Below, piece after piece: positions 12,187 through 25,803 of a stretch of DNA of 64,000 nt. Every line of letters starts with the position of its first letter. The first letter of the stretch is position 1. The translations under genes and the position numbers were made by a program. The stretch lies in the NCBI GenBank assembly GCA_002633005.1, contig NMRA01000687.1:124001-188000 (forward strand), read 5' to 3'. The stretch is from Phoronis australis (taxonomy: Eukaryota > Animalia > Phoronida). The notes under the pieces were generated by a model. It did not search any database. It was not told where the DNA came from and was given only the letters and a program-made list of their open reading frames with translations.

Positions 12187-14963
12187 ACCCAACGCTGAGG
12201 CATTATTGTTGTTTGTTCTTACAGTGCCTTAAAAACGTCGCTTCGAATCTAATTCATAAAAGGAAAGACCACACAATTTACCTTTACTCAAAATAAAGAG
12301 AGAATTTGAACTTTACAGAGAACACCATGTTCTTCAAATTTATCTTTACTCTCCATTTCAACAAAGTTCATCATAATGTTCCTGAAAATTTCACTGTTTA
12401 ACCTGTTGTAGTTTTGCTATTTTTAGAATTCACCCTGACACGCTTGATGAGAACGGGAATTAGCAACGATGAAAGTTGAAGAAATTCGGTCACTTACGGT
12501 AAAATCTCACCAATTTAGGTCACAATGTGGCGAGCTTGAAACTTTAGTTTATCATCTTTTTATGAATGATAAGTAACACCAATTTGAAAGTAATTCTTTA
12601 CAATTTTCGAGGTATGTACCATAGCTAGCATCATACAATATTTGACACTATTTTGACAATAATTATCAGAAGCTTTTGAAAAATGAAAAAGGAACATCTG
12701 CGGTATTAATTATTTTTGTCTGAAATTGGTGAGGTTTGACTGTACTTGCCGCCAAGAACCTGTCATAGGATGTTCTCTTGGATTCCAGAATGTTGTTGCC
12801 TGTTCACAGGTGCACATGCTGTAAAATGTATTTTTTTGTTTAAATTAACTGTAAAAGGTTTATTTTTAAACCCAACGACAAGTCATTTTATTTATATAAT
12901 GTGTGAGCTAACAGGGTCTGTAGTAGTTCTAAGGTAGACGGCAGTTTGAGTACTGAGTACTTAAATGTTAGTGTTCTCTTCATGGTACTGAATGGGTAGC
13001 TAGTGGAGTTCTGAATTACTGTAAAACTTCTAATAAAAGCCTGGTTTCATGTAGGAGACTTTCTCAAATAGAAGCTGGGGTGATTAGGTGACCTTAAGTT
13101 TACGCGCTGAGTCTCCATTGCCATTCGAAGCCGAGTTTGTAATTCTAGTCAGGTGACCTTGGAACAAAGGATTTGCTGAGGCGATGTTTGTTCACTGATG
13201 CTGTCATAGTTTTGGCTATGCGTTATATTCTCGTCTGGAGCTTCTCAGTGGGTATCTGTTAGAAGATTTACAGTATTTTAAGATTAAAAACTATCATGAT
13301 TGTGAATAGGGAACACGTGTAACTTGTAAGGATAACCAAGGAGTTGGTTCTGTCAGGTTTTGTTCCAGTTTTCATCCATGCTGTGCACACGGGTCAACCT
13401 TGATAGTAACGGGAGATATGCTGGCTGATCAGGTGGGTCCGGAGATTAGTGACCTCTAGAGGACAAGGAGGCAATTTTACATTTGTTTATAATGCATCAC
13501 GTCTTATCACATACACTCTAAGTGGCCCTTTTGCTGGGAAGCCTAACGTGTTGCCCACTAACTGTTAAGAAGCACCTCCTAGTACCCCCGGGTGATGATA
13601 AGAGTCACTGGTTCTACATAATGACCCCCATTGCTTCTTGAAAATCTCCCATCGCATAGAAATGAAATTGTTTCCTCAGAGAGTTTCCAACAGGAGCAAA
13701 GATGTCTCCGTTTGATCGTTCTTCATATCCCTAAAGAACCTGATGGAGGAAAGCCAAAAAGTCGGGCACTTTACAAACAGATGGGTTCGTATTTGCACAG
13801 AAAGGCGTGATGCACGTACTTAACTATCTCTTCAATTGAGTTGGTGTAGTCTGCTGGCTGGCCTGTCATAAAAACTGTGGCTTAGAGATAGTAGAAATAT
13901 TGCCCTGCCCAATTCTGTAAGCTCGGCCTATCAATGGCATTGTGCCTCTAATGAACCACTGAGAATGATGTGCACAATTCTTGCCCTGAAATTTACCAAC
14001 TGAGCCTGGAATGGTATGTTCTCAATGATATTATATTTAAAATGTTTGCCTTTCTTATGGAAATGATTTATTGAATGCAATCAGCCAAGGTGTGAGAGGG
14101 GTGTTGTCAGCCTGGTTGTTTCTCATTGGCTGTTTTTTCCTGATGTCAAAATCTCCTACAGCGATAATTAGGTCAAGTGGAATTGTGGACTTGTACTAAA
14201 ATTAGACAACCTTGTGAATACAAGTGTTGCAATAGATGTAACTACCCCAGTGAGAGTACTCCATTCAGTTAGTAATGTCACTGTGTGAAATTAAAAATGG
14301 TTTTAAAAAGCTGTGATTTAGTAAACTAGATGAAAACGAAGGCTTTGAAAGATGAGGCCGAGTATGGCTTTAATAAGCGCTGATAATTTCCACTTATTAC
14401 CTTATAGGTAACAAATGGTTATAGACCAATAAGTAATAGGAATTTCCATATCGAACTATACATTACACTATTGATTCCCAGGCCTAAAGAGAGATGATGC
14501 TTTGTGGAAACTTCTAATGTAGGATAATTTTGTCTGCCTATTCATAAAATGAGGTTATGTTTTACTGAGTGATAGGATGATTTAAGGACTCAGTCAACAT
14601 TATTATGAATGTGTATTAAAAACTGTCAAGGAGGTTAAATGAGGATATTTATTAGAAGGGCTGCTTGTCTGGTTATATTTATATATTATCAAAATTTGCA
14701 ATGTACAACCATGTTTAAGACAATGATGGCAAATTCAAGTTTTATTCCTCCCAGAATTCCCCCGAGTACTACCATGAGATACGGACATGCGCAAAGCGAA
14801 CCATTCCACGGACTTATCTTCTGGAGGAAGACGTGTTTTTCCTTTGGAAGTTTTTTTTTTCGCGCAAGTTATACCGCGACCACGCTCAATTGCATAACTC
14901 TTTGCTACTGAGCATTTTCTTCTTATCCTATATAATCATCTTGGAAGTTTTTGGACGACCGAG

Positions 14964-15213
14964 CTCACCGACTCTGTGTGACTCGGCGGGCCACACCTTG
15001 CCCGGTTTTACCGGCGCAGAGCATTACGACTCTCTATTGGCCTCATCGTATTTTCAGGCCTACCTGCTTTGGGGTTTCCGTGACCCGACACGGACCATGT
15101 GGAGTGTTTGATAGTTGTCCTATCCTCGTACGCTTAACCTCACCGACTCTGTGTGACTCGGCGGGCCACACCTTGCCCGGTTTTACCGGCGTAGAGCATT
15201 ACGACTCTCTATT
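14964..15213. repeat. 75-bp direct repeat (period 175) truncated at an N
   Basis: 14964-15038 and 15139-15213 differ at one base; the second copy ends at N15214. Confidence 0.9.
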
Positions 15214-17959
15214 NATTTGTATAAGGAGTGTCGAAATATGAAGCAATTGAATTTGTTCACCATGAATAATTAAAAGATTAACATATGACATTATAAATAA
15301 ATATTCAACAAATCTTGGAATACCTTATGTTCTATTTTATTTTTTAACATTTTAATATTGGCTAATGATTTGCATGATTTTTTCTACAGGACTTGTTAAG
15401 GTGATGGACTAAATAATAAACAAAATTACATACTCCCAGGGTACAAATAATTCCCCAAACCATTAGGTGAAAGGGAAGGTTTTCAACCCTGAAGACATCA
15501 TTCAAGGTGTCGCTCAAAATGCCACCAGTGTGACAAAGTTTGCCATCTCTTCCAAGGTGAAATTAAGGTTTCAATTTCAGATTTTTTGACTGACAAACTT
15601 GTTACAACCAAGTGTTTTTTTTTGTCATTGTAAGTTAAGAGAAAGTCACTGAAACTGACCTACATATTTTCCAGATAGTGAAACCCTAATGGATTTGCTT
15701 ATCTTGTTAGACAAATCAAGTTTTGTATGATAATGTAACTATATTCAAAAAAGATGTATTTTTGTATTTGCCCTAGTCCACACTCTTCTGAGAAGTATTA
15801 GTGTACAATATAATTTTCTGCTTAACCAGGACGCTCTTTTTAAACAACTTGAAAATATTCAAAAATATCTCACTGGAGAAATGCTTGCAACTATAGAGAA
15901 ATTACATGAGTACTTTTTTGTTTGGGTTTCATGGACCCTTCCTTAATTATATTACATAACAAACTCGTATGTTACGTAATACACTCCTACATGTACATCA
16001 TGTTTTGCTTTGACATAAAAATTTAAGCTGCTTAAACCGGTGCTTTGTGTCAAAAACAAGTTTTGCTATAGGCCACTTACCATTATGAAATTGGTCTCAA
16101 ATTGTTCCTAAGTCTAAAAAGGTATGATTTCTGTCAGACTTGGAAAGAACTGACAGTTCACGTGATCTGAAGAGACCACGGCTATTGGTTGTTTGCGAGC
16201 ACAGGGATCAGTTCTATCTAGGACCTCCCACGTTCTATACAGAGTAAAGAATAATTATTAAATATCTTTTTTCTTCGCTTTTTCCTCAGATGAAACATGG
16301 GCTTAATGTCGCTTTATGAAAACCATCCGGAGTTAGGTTGCTTTGGCCAGTGGCTGGTCATCTTCCAATTCGTTTTGATGGCAACAGCCGAACGTACGAA
16401 ATAAATACCTTTTCACGTTTTGTCTTAAATTGAGAGGTCCTGGAATCTTGGCATTTTTCGACATACTGTTTCCTTAGCTTATGAAACATGATTAAATTCT
16501 GTTTCATATAAAGCGTTCTTACAGCTTGTCTTACCTCCACTGCTTGTAGATTTCATGTCCATCCGGGCATTGACCGCGCTCGATAGAATTACGCGCCCTT
16601 GTAGTTCTCTTTCTTTAATTTTCATGACAATTTTTGATAAATGAGGCTAACTCGTGTTGTAAAAATAAAGTTATTAGGCGGTGACGTTAATACCGCCTGC
16701 TAATTGTTCCAGTCAAGCTCACCGGCGCCTCGCCAGACGTTACAAGTCTGAATATAATCTGACCCGGGAATCTTAACGTCTCGGCTCATTAGGGCGGCAG
16801 TCCAGCGCACTTTGCGTAGATGAACGAGGTACCATCATTCGCTGACCACAAGGATACTTGGAATTACCCCCAGTATATTCAAAAAAGGGATTTCTATCAG
16901 TGTCACTCTGTGGAGTACTGACAGAGTGAAAAATTCAGCAGGATTAGTTATCCAAGATACCGTCCAAAACTGATCTATAACACCAACAACGCGTCACACT
17001 GAGCGTCGAATAAAACAAAAAATGGTAGAAATCTTGCCCCGTGGGAAGCGACCGCCGGAAACCCAAAAAAGACTCCCAAAATTAAGCTGGCTGAATTATT
17101 CGAGGTGCCACATAAAATTGCATGTGGTTCATTTCGTGCCGTAGATCACTAAATGACCCCCAAAATAGCAGTCACCGTCGGGATATCCAAAACTGGTTAA
17201 AAATGAACAAGCCACACCGAGCACCAAAGGGTCCATGTCGAATAATTTGCACTTTGAATACTGTCCCCAAAATCACCCAAAAGTTTTTTTAACTCAAATA
17301 TTCGAAGTGCCATAAAAATTGTTACGTGCCAATGACCATGAGGCGGCTTGTGACTGACAAACAACACCATGGGTTGGGCGTCACGAGAACACCCCCCCCC
17401 CAAAAAAAAAAATCTTGCAGAATGCTGCTGAAATTTTGTGGAAGACAATCGAGGTACCGGCCAAAACTGTTTAAAATGGACAAGCGCGTCAAGATCACCC
17501 ACGACTCTCTGGGTGGGTCCACTAGAATCTAAAGAATACCCCCTCTAGGCGCTCAAACTTTAGAGAAACCTGAAAGCAATTTCACATGAGTAGAGTTTTC
17601 AAGGAATCCTCACAGAAACGCCCATTTCGCCAAACTAAGTGACTTTGATAGATGCTGGCGGAGTGCTGCAGTCGTTTTTATCTGCCAATGGCAACGTCGC
17701 ACAGTACTTTCGCAAAACCTCTCCGCAAACCTTCTGTGCCGGGGTGCGTGAAAGACCCAAATAGAGACTCAAATAATTTCCCTAAATCTTTTGCCTATTT
17801 GTGTCTCTCTACTCACAAGATGTCTATGGATGCGATGCTCCCGGCTGGTCTTGGATGTGGCTCCTCTGTGCCACGGGTCAGTTTCCAATTCTAGCCCGCT
17901 TTCATAACAGTGCATCTTTTAAGAAAGAGACATGTAATCCATTCTTAAAAAACAGGTTT

Positions 17960-18293
17960 CAAAGTGGCATTAAAACCGTGTTCTCTGTGAAACCCAATTT
18001 TTGATATGGTTATGAATCTAATTGGTCTCGGTTTGTTCTTCGAATAAGTGAGATTCATGAGATTGGAAAGACCTGACAGTTGGTTATTCCTTAGGACCAA
18101 GCTCATAAGTTTCAGATGACGCGTGATCTGAAACTTTATGAACTTGGTCTGAAGAAATAACCAACTGTCGTGTCTTTCCGAGCCCAGAGATCACGTGAGT
18201 AAGACAAAGCGCAAAATAATTTTATGACGGAAAGTAGCTCAAAGCAAAACTTGTTTTCTGTGACAGAAAGCACGAGTTTCGTACCGCTTTTAA
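17960..18293. mobile_element. Palindromic MITE (family B) with a central fold-back of about 115 bp (18065-18179)
   Basis: ggaaagac/gtctttcc, gacagttggttatt/aataaccaactgtc, gaccaag/cttggtc and tttcagat/atctgaaa are symmetric about 18121. A related partial copy lies at about 16040-16170. Confidence 0.7.
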
Positions 18294-18299
18294 TGGTCA

Positions 18300-18499
18300 A
18301 TTTGACGCATTTCGCCCGGTTTGGTTAGCTAAACACGAACATCCGAATTAAGCCTTTTGAGTCTCATAAAAGCGGTCCCATCATATTCCTTACTGTGATA
18401 GCATTCCATCTTTGTTACAAACTCGATTTTATGAATAAAAGGTCTAATTCATATTTTTTTATTTTTAGCCAGCTAAATAGGGTTAAATTGCAGCTTTAA
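18300..18499. mobile_element. Family A MITE, internally deleted copy
   Basis: Shares ctcataaaa..ggtc..atattccttac.gtgatag and ends ...agccagctaaatagggttaaattgcagctTTAA. Confidence 0.65.
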
Positions 18500-19286
18500 G
18501 TAACTTAGTTATATTTTGTCTGGCATACGCCCTCAGGTGAACAGAGTCGAATGTTACGATACATTTACAAGTGTTTTATGGTTCATCCAACGTTTGAACT
18601 AGCTTCACTTTGGGGGGGGGGCGTCTTTTTAACTTTTCGCCTCTACAAAAAGGCACGATTTCTGTTATCGGTCATTTTGTGCTCAGTATCCGACAATTGA
18701 TTATTTATTAAATCAGATTGTCTTATCTAGCTCAAAATTTCAACAATATGAGTCATATGTATTGGGGATATCAAACGTGTCCAACCCACAGTGGATTTTT
18801 TTCTATCATGGACCACTCAGGGATCAGTCGCGTGTACGGGATCATATAGTATTTTTTGTGGTGGATCTCGATTTTTTAACGTCATTTTGGGGTTTTGGAG
18901 GGCCCTTTTCAGCGTGCAAATTTCCTGTCAGTGTGTGCTCATTATGGCATGCTTGTTCATTTTAAGCAGTTTTGGCCGGTACCTCGAATATCTAATCTAG
19001 GTCAGTTTTGGACCTCTTGTAAGATCCCGGGGTGAACACCTTGAGTGGAAGCAACGATTCTTCGGTACCTGCTGACGTACACTGTAGCGCTCACAGTAGT
19101 CAGATATTTGCATCTCGTTCATCTGTACTCAGTGCTCTGGCCGGCCAGTCTATCAACGATCTTCAGCCAAATCGCTGTGGTGTCTTTATGGACTTACCTT
19201 GGAACGCGTTCAGTTGTCTAAGCAGACCTGCGATTTTTTATAACACGAGTCTTTGACCACGGTAATGTTAAAGTTTAAAAATAACC

Positions 19287-19442
19287 GCAATAACTAAGAA
19301 ATTCGTTGTAAAGCACGTTTCGCTTTATCGGCTATAATGATGTTCAGGTGAGCATAGGTAAAACATAGAATGTTGACCCAAAGATGCCTTTTAGCTAATA
19401 AAGCGAAACGTCCTGTATTACAATGAATGTCTTTGTTATCGC
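19287..19442. mobile_element. Palindromic MITE-like element
   Basis: Perfect 14-bp inverted repeat acgtttcgctttat (19315-19328) / ataaagcgaaacgt (19398-19411), with imperfect outer arms. Confidence 0.6.
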
Positions 19443-19947
19443 CATCGTAATCTTATCAGTTTCCGTCTTCTTAGAGGAGTCGATTAGAGAAATAATGACG
19501 CGAATTACGAATGAAACCACAACCATTTTTCATTGATATAAAATGCTATTTGCTTTTCAGATGATATTCCCATTTACCAACAGTGGAGAAGCAGGACTAG
19601 TGTTGCTTTGATGGTGACTAGATTTTGAAAGTAAACGTGTCACGTGCCTAGTGGAATTTCAAAATGGAAGCCATTAAAAAACTCCATAGCCAAAATTTTA
19701 ATTAAATCAGTTCTTTGCCACAGTAAGATTAAAAACCGGACGATCGCCGCACAAATGAAGAAGTTCATTATAAATCAACGTTTTGCCTATTCGTTAGACA
19801 TCATCAAGATATTTACATAGGACAACAAATTTTAAGATGGTGCGGATGGAATTTTGTAGTATTTTTTAAATGATTTTCCTGAAAATTGTACACCTGTCAT
19901 CAGTCCAGCAATCGACTTTGTTGTGTTTCCCAAACTACAGTGTACGA

Positions 19948-20258
19948 CTAGGCTGCGTTCCTAGACCAATTTTCTTGCGAGAAAAGCGAGATCACGCAAA
20001 TCTTCCAGCGATATGGCCATGCATTACAACTGAAGCACGTGACCACACTAACTTTCTTGAATTGGGTCTACGGAAAGCCTAGGAGTGGTGCATAAAAATA
20101 TTATTTTTTTACCACAACTGGGCTGGGTTCTGCAAAAAAAAATCTCGTAAGAAAAGCGATATCATGAAAGTGTTCTCGAAATATGACCATGCGTTAAAAC
20201 CGAAGTACTTGACCACATTTGTTTAGCTTTTCTCGCGTTGGTCTACGGAAACCCCAGG
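19948..20258. repeat. Two diverged head-to-tail copies of a short TIR element of about 135 bp
   Basis: agaaaagcga.atca...atatg.ccatgc.tta.aac.gaag.ac.tgaccaca...ggtctacggaaa occurs twice. Copy 1 is bounded by ctaggct..ttcctagacc / ggtctacggaaagcctag. Confidence 0.6.
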
Positions 20259-23200
20259 GGTCGTGATAATGATTATTACTTTCTTAAAATAATGTCCCCA
20301 GGCATCATGTCGTGACCACGCGCCACTTACATGTGGGATGTACCGGAAATTGAAACTTGTTCGATTAGCACCATCGACATCTCAGTCAAATACCTCTTGT
20401 TCAGCATTCTCAAGTTCTGTATGATCAACAAGTGATGAAACCATATTTCTGTGTGGGTTCATAGAAACACTAGTGCAACTATTCAACAGTTCTGGATTTA
20501 CACGAATGTCATTCAACACTAAAACAAATCAGGTTTTCGGTATGTATTCCATATATTTAGTAATTTTCAAAAATAAATGTTTTGATTTGAACAAACATTT
20601 ATGATTTCCACCGAGAGATTTTCATTATTTAAAATGTACCCATAGCAGGTACGTTTTGTAGCGTTATACATAAAGCGTAGAAACAATCGCCTTATTCTTA
20701 TTGCTACAGTATTATCTGGGAGTAATATTTCATTATAGTCCTAGAGTATTATTTTGCAATATTGAACAAAAACATTGCCTTAATTGCTAACCCGTATTGA
20801 GGATGATTATAATCCTTTGCACGGTCCCGACATCACAATAACCGGCTCGCATAATCACTAATGATATCTGAACGAGTTACCGATATAATGCTTACGAACA
20901 GTGGTTTTTATCATTCGATTGTGAGAACGTTTGTGGAGTGTATGAATGCGAAAATGTGTCGTTCTTGCCTTTCAAGTAATATGAACTGTCAAGCGTTTAG
21001 GAAACTTAAGCTCTCCAGTTGTTGTCGGTTTTGCCATTCGGTGGTTTGGTTTCAAGGAGAACTTTTAATTCCGAATCTTGAACAATGTTTATAGTCACCT
21101 ATACTGGTTCAGCATCGTAAGAACCAGTTTTCTGCACTGAATAGCGTGCATCAAACTGGTTATTGTCCGAAATTGTGCAGTAATAAAACATGAACAATAT
21201 GTGATTGTTTTGTTTACCTGGTTATAAGAATACAACAGACAATCGGTCAACTTCATGACAAGGTTGGTAAGTCGTTGAATTAAGCCGCTTAGGACACTTT
21301 CATCTGAACATCGGCCATTTGCGTTATCAGGTCGCATTAAAGTACGACTTCAAAAAATTACAGTGCTTTAGTTGAACGGGTGATCATAAAATGGCGTTTA
21401 TTTGTGCTTAACAGTGCTTTAATGATAGTTATAATCCTTTCAAACTTTTTCCGGTTTTTAAAAGAAAATTTAAACTCATCAAAAACCAGTAAGATTTTTT
21501 ACACCTGTTTCTTGGCCATTCCGTTCCAATTTAAACGCAGGGTAATGATTTCTTTCACTTTAGTGAGACAATAATTTAGACGTGCTCGATAAAATCCCAA
21601 TAGACGCTGGCAAATAAAGCGAGCATAAATTAAAAGGAATGTTGTTCTTTGGCACTTGACATCTCACGTAGAGAGACAGACTGACTCCTAGGACGAGAAA
21701 AGCGCGAGGTCATCCATCCTCGCGTTAAATCTCACGTTTATGACCTCATATGACGTCATTCTCATGGACTTCTACTGGGGTCTGTTCCACAAAATGTGAC
21801 AATAGATTTAGGACAGAAATTTGGTCTCAAGGTCCACGAAACTAGTTCTGAAAAATAACTAAATTTCACTTGTGAATAAAAGTGAAGTCTTTGAGAATTT
21901 TCACTTAACTGCTAGTTTCTGAGATAATTTCTATTAAACATTTCTCTACTGTGCAGCTAGGCCTTTATTCAGCAACTGTTAAGTTGGAGCGTAAAACAAA
22001 AATTCTGCCTTAGTCACTTAAAAGAAACTGACCCCTGGGTTGCGAGTCATCTGATACGGAATAATGTCAAATCTGAACACAGCGGCCATTTTGTTGAAAT
22101 AATTCCTAAACGGCGTTGGAACAGAAGCAACTCAGTAAAATCAAATACTATAAGTTAAAAGTGAGTAGACTGACACGTTTAGGATGGAAAGCCTGTTCAT
22201 AAAAATTGCAGATCTTAATTATTGCTGCGACATATGTGCGAGTGTAAATTTGTACACGACCTTAAAGTTCCATGCCGCTAGCACTGCACAACGCTGATTT
22301 CCACGTAAATAAAACCATTAAAAACAAATCTAACTCTCTGATAATAAAATTTCAAATATTTTAAGCTTACTACAAACTGACAAACAAGGATGCAAGCGTG
22401 CGTGAATATCAAAGAAAGGCAAAAACGCACATCATCTAAGGCGAGATCACCTGCCGAGTCAACTCCTGTGAACGAATTGGAATCACATGTGAACGAGTGT
22501 TTTTGGTTGAAACATATCACGAAACAAATAATGGTCCCCACCTTGGGGATACTTTGTTCTCCGCGTTATTCCCAGATGCAGAACCCTCGCTGGAGTTTAT
22601 CACACGCGCTGACGTTGTGGCCGCCTATCATAAATACGGATGAGATTCAGTCCACGGTTTCATTCATAGTAAAGAAATGTGCAGGTATTGAAATGATTAG
22701 TTAGTCACTGTTGTCACCACCATTGTCAATCGTTTGAAGTTGCCATGAACCCACTTTCTGTCAAAAAATCAATTTTTATTTAGACCGTTTTCCGATTTAA
22801 AAGTGACTCCAGTGTGTTCCTTGTTCAGATTAGAATTGATTTCTGGGCTCGGCGAAGAAGTGTCAGCTCGTTATTTCATGAGACGAAGCTCCATGAATAA
22901 GTTTACATTACCCGGCGGGTCATTTTATCCGCCGAGCATTGCCTCAAGCGCTAACGAATAGTTAGTTCTTACCAAACACAGGCATCACTTCTAAACTGAC
23001 CAAGATGTGCGTTGAGAACAGGTTTAAAACTGCAAGTGATATGAATCAAAGGTTTTTTGACGGAAGGCAGTTTTGTAACGACTTTCTGGGAAATAAGTCA
23101 CAACTCGCGTTCCGTAGATGCGAGAATCGGGCAACACTTCACGAAATATCAGCTTATTACAACCGAAGCAACCGATCACACCAGCCTCGCTCGCCACTGT

Positions 23201-25121
23201 TAGTCCTACGTAACGCACCCCAACAATAGATTAATAATCACCGAACAGGACACGTACTTTGTCGTAATTCTCATCGTGTTGTTAAAAATGAAATTGACAA
23301 ATGTCGTGTTTCAATTGTTTCTGTAAAGAGCCATAAATGATAGGTTAAGGTAGTATAACAAAAGAAAACAGACCAGAGTCAGAAAACAAAAATAAATATA
23401 TATATTTCAATGACCTATGAGTCTTTTTACAAAAACAGAAGAGACATAAAAAAGCATTTGCTACATTACGTTATCTATGAATGTTCGCCATATTGAACAC
23501 AAGTCGAAATTAAATAAGTACTTTGCATAGGTCAAAGGTCAATACAGAGTTGCGTCATTGTGTTGTCAAACAACAATCGCACTTGATTGTCTCAGGGCAA
23601 GAGTTAAAATAATCCCTTGAAAATCTGCTCAAGGCAAGAATAGGCCTATGCGAATCCAGCACCTTTCGGTTTTAAGCCAAAGTTAATTGTACAGCTTCGT
23701 TGCATTGCTCTCACAACTGAAGGTAACCAGAGGAATTGATACTCAATTTAAAGCCTGTCCAAAACCAACTTCATTGTTCATCTTCCTGGTAAAAATATTC
23801 ACATGTGCGAGCAACGTTCAAAAATGCCAGAAACATACCACCACTTGGTTGTAATGCCAGTACAAAGGAGATCAATAAAAGGGGCGTCACCTAAAAACTA
23901 TTCTTAACAGAAAATACAATATTTCAAGGCTTTCAGATTCACCGGTGGATTCCAAGGAAATAAAACACGGAAAATCTTGACATAGAAACAACACCACGAA
24001 TGAATTATTTTTCAATGGTCGTTAGAGGTTGTTAAGGCGTCTTATTACAAACTGACCCTCTTTCTATAACCACCTAGTGCGTAAATCGAATTTTAACCCA
24101 ATTCAAGGTAGACGCTTCGTACGAGTTAAAACCGATTCAATAAATTAAGGCTAAAATATATCTAAATATGTATATAATATGACCATACACGAACCTTGTG
24201 AAATTCGACCCTTTTCAAATGCATAAGTATTTACAGAAAGAAAACATAAAAATGTCGACCAATTCTTCGGATACGAAACTCTGAACAAATTATCTAGATT
24301 ACAGCAATTATACAATACAAGAACACATTTACAAGCCTCACTTGTCGGCAAAATCGACAAAGACAGTAAAATGGCAAGAAACTCTATCAAGTTAAAACGC
24401 CAGCTCAACACTTTGCTGACATCATAATTGCACCATTTGAATTATACGACATGTCACACAAATCTAACATTTTGGACACTACAATGCTCCATTGGTATTT
24501 TACCATAAGCGATGATGATAGTTATAATAAATATCTTCTTTCACTATATTTAAGCGACATTTCTCAAAAGTATATAGCCAACATCAAAAATATAGCGAAT
24601 GCCCTGTGTCAGATCAGGCTCGTTGAACGAATCCGCTGAGACAGAGGTCAAATACCCTGAATTTCCGAGAAAGATTAACACTATGTAGGATCATACCCAC
24701 AATTCAGTAAAACAATTTTTTTCTGAAAGTAAAAATCCAGAAGAATTTGATTTTGTCTGCTATCAATCTGCCACTAAATCGATTGTGTGACCATGTATTT
24801 TAGTAAAATCAAATCAAATCAAGAGAAAGGTACATTCACAGCAACGGTATCAATAATGTGGCCAAATTTCATTAGAAAAGATGCAAATTTTCAAGATGAA
24901 ATCTCAAAACTGATGTCACATTATTCCGATTTCGTTCCATGCAACTTTTTATTTGTTTCACGGGAACTGTATTTTATAGCCCCTCGTGCAAAAGTGGGAC
25001 ATTTCACAAACTATTCCTAACAGCCATTTTGAGAACAGTGCATGAAGCCATACTGTGGCGAATGTTTCAGACTAATAGGATCAATCATATCTGAGGTATG
25101 AACTTATCAAAATTTGGTCAT

Positions 25122-25127
25122 TTTATT
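25122..25127 (-). terminator. Candidate Pax6 polyadenylation signal AATAAA
   Basis: First minus-strand AATAAA I found after the stop (about 570 nt downstream). Others lie at 24948-24953 and 22775-22780, so a longer 3' UTR is possible. Confidence 0.45.
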
Positions 25128-25699
25128 GGGATCCTACACAGTGTTCGAGCTTCAGCAAATAAATGTGCGATCACATCCTCATGGGCCGATATGTGAAAGT
25201 TTACTGGCCCGGCCGAAAATCCGCTAGCTCCGGGCCACCGTTTACTTCGAACGCTGGTCCTACATAACCTTAAAATGCTTCTTCTGCAAGCAGACACGGT
25301 CGCCACCATTTTGATCAATAGCGAGCATGCGCAAAACTTGTAACCCTGAACAAAATGGACGACGTCATGTAAGATATGAATCACAAGTAATGTCTAATAA
25401 AAGATGCTTGGAAATTTTCAATGCAACGTGGGTAGCACGGTTGGTGCACACATGTCATTAGAACAATCATAAACTACAAGTCACGGGATTGTTGTGATCA
25501 ATAGAAGGACAGTATAACATGTCAATAAAGACCCGTTCTTCACAGTATAACATACAAATATGATACATCAACGATAATCATGGTAAAAACATCAAACATG
25601 ACGAGTGTCATATACAATACTTATAATCGCTTTCTTCGTGATTTCGCCACTAAAATCCACCAGATAATTTGAGCAGGTCGAGGGAGGGGTAGATTGCAT

Positions 25700-25803
25700 C
25701 TAGTTTATCCGAGGCCAGTATCCCGCTGTCATGGAGGACATGTGATCTTGCGGAACGCCTCCTGGAACTTGTATCGGTACGGACACTCCCGGTGAGATGA
25801 GAC
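25700..25803 (-). CDS. Pax6: Pax6 last coding exon (GLISPGVSVPIQVPGGVPQDHMSSMTAGYWPRIN*)
   Basis: Acceptor ttttatttccag, TAG at 25702-25700. Matches the conserved Pax6 C-terminus (LISPGVSVPVQVPG...YWPRLQ in vertebrates). Confidence 0.98.

Noticed and set aside
14964-15213. Direct repeats considered as a CRISPR array
   Set aside because: Only two 75-bp copies, eukaryotic context and no cas genes.
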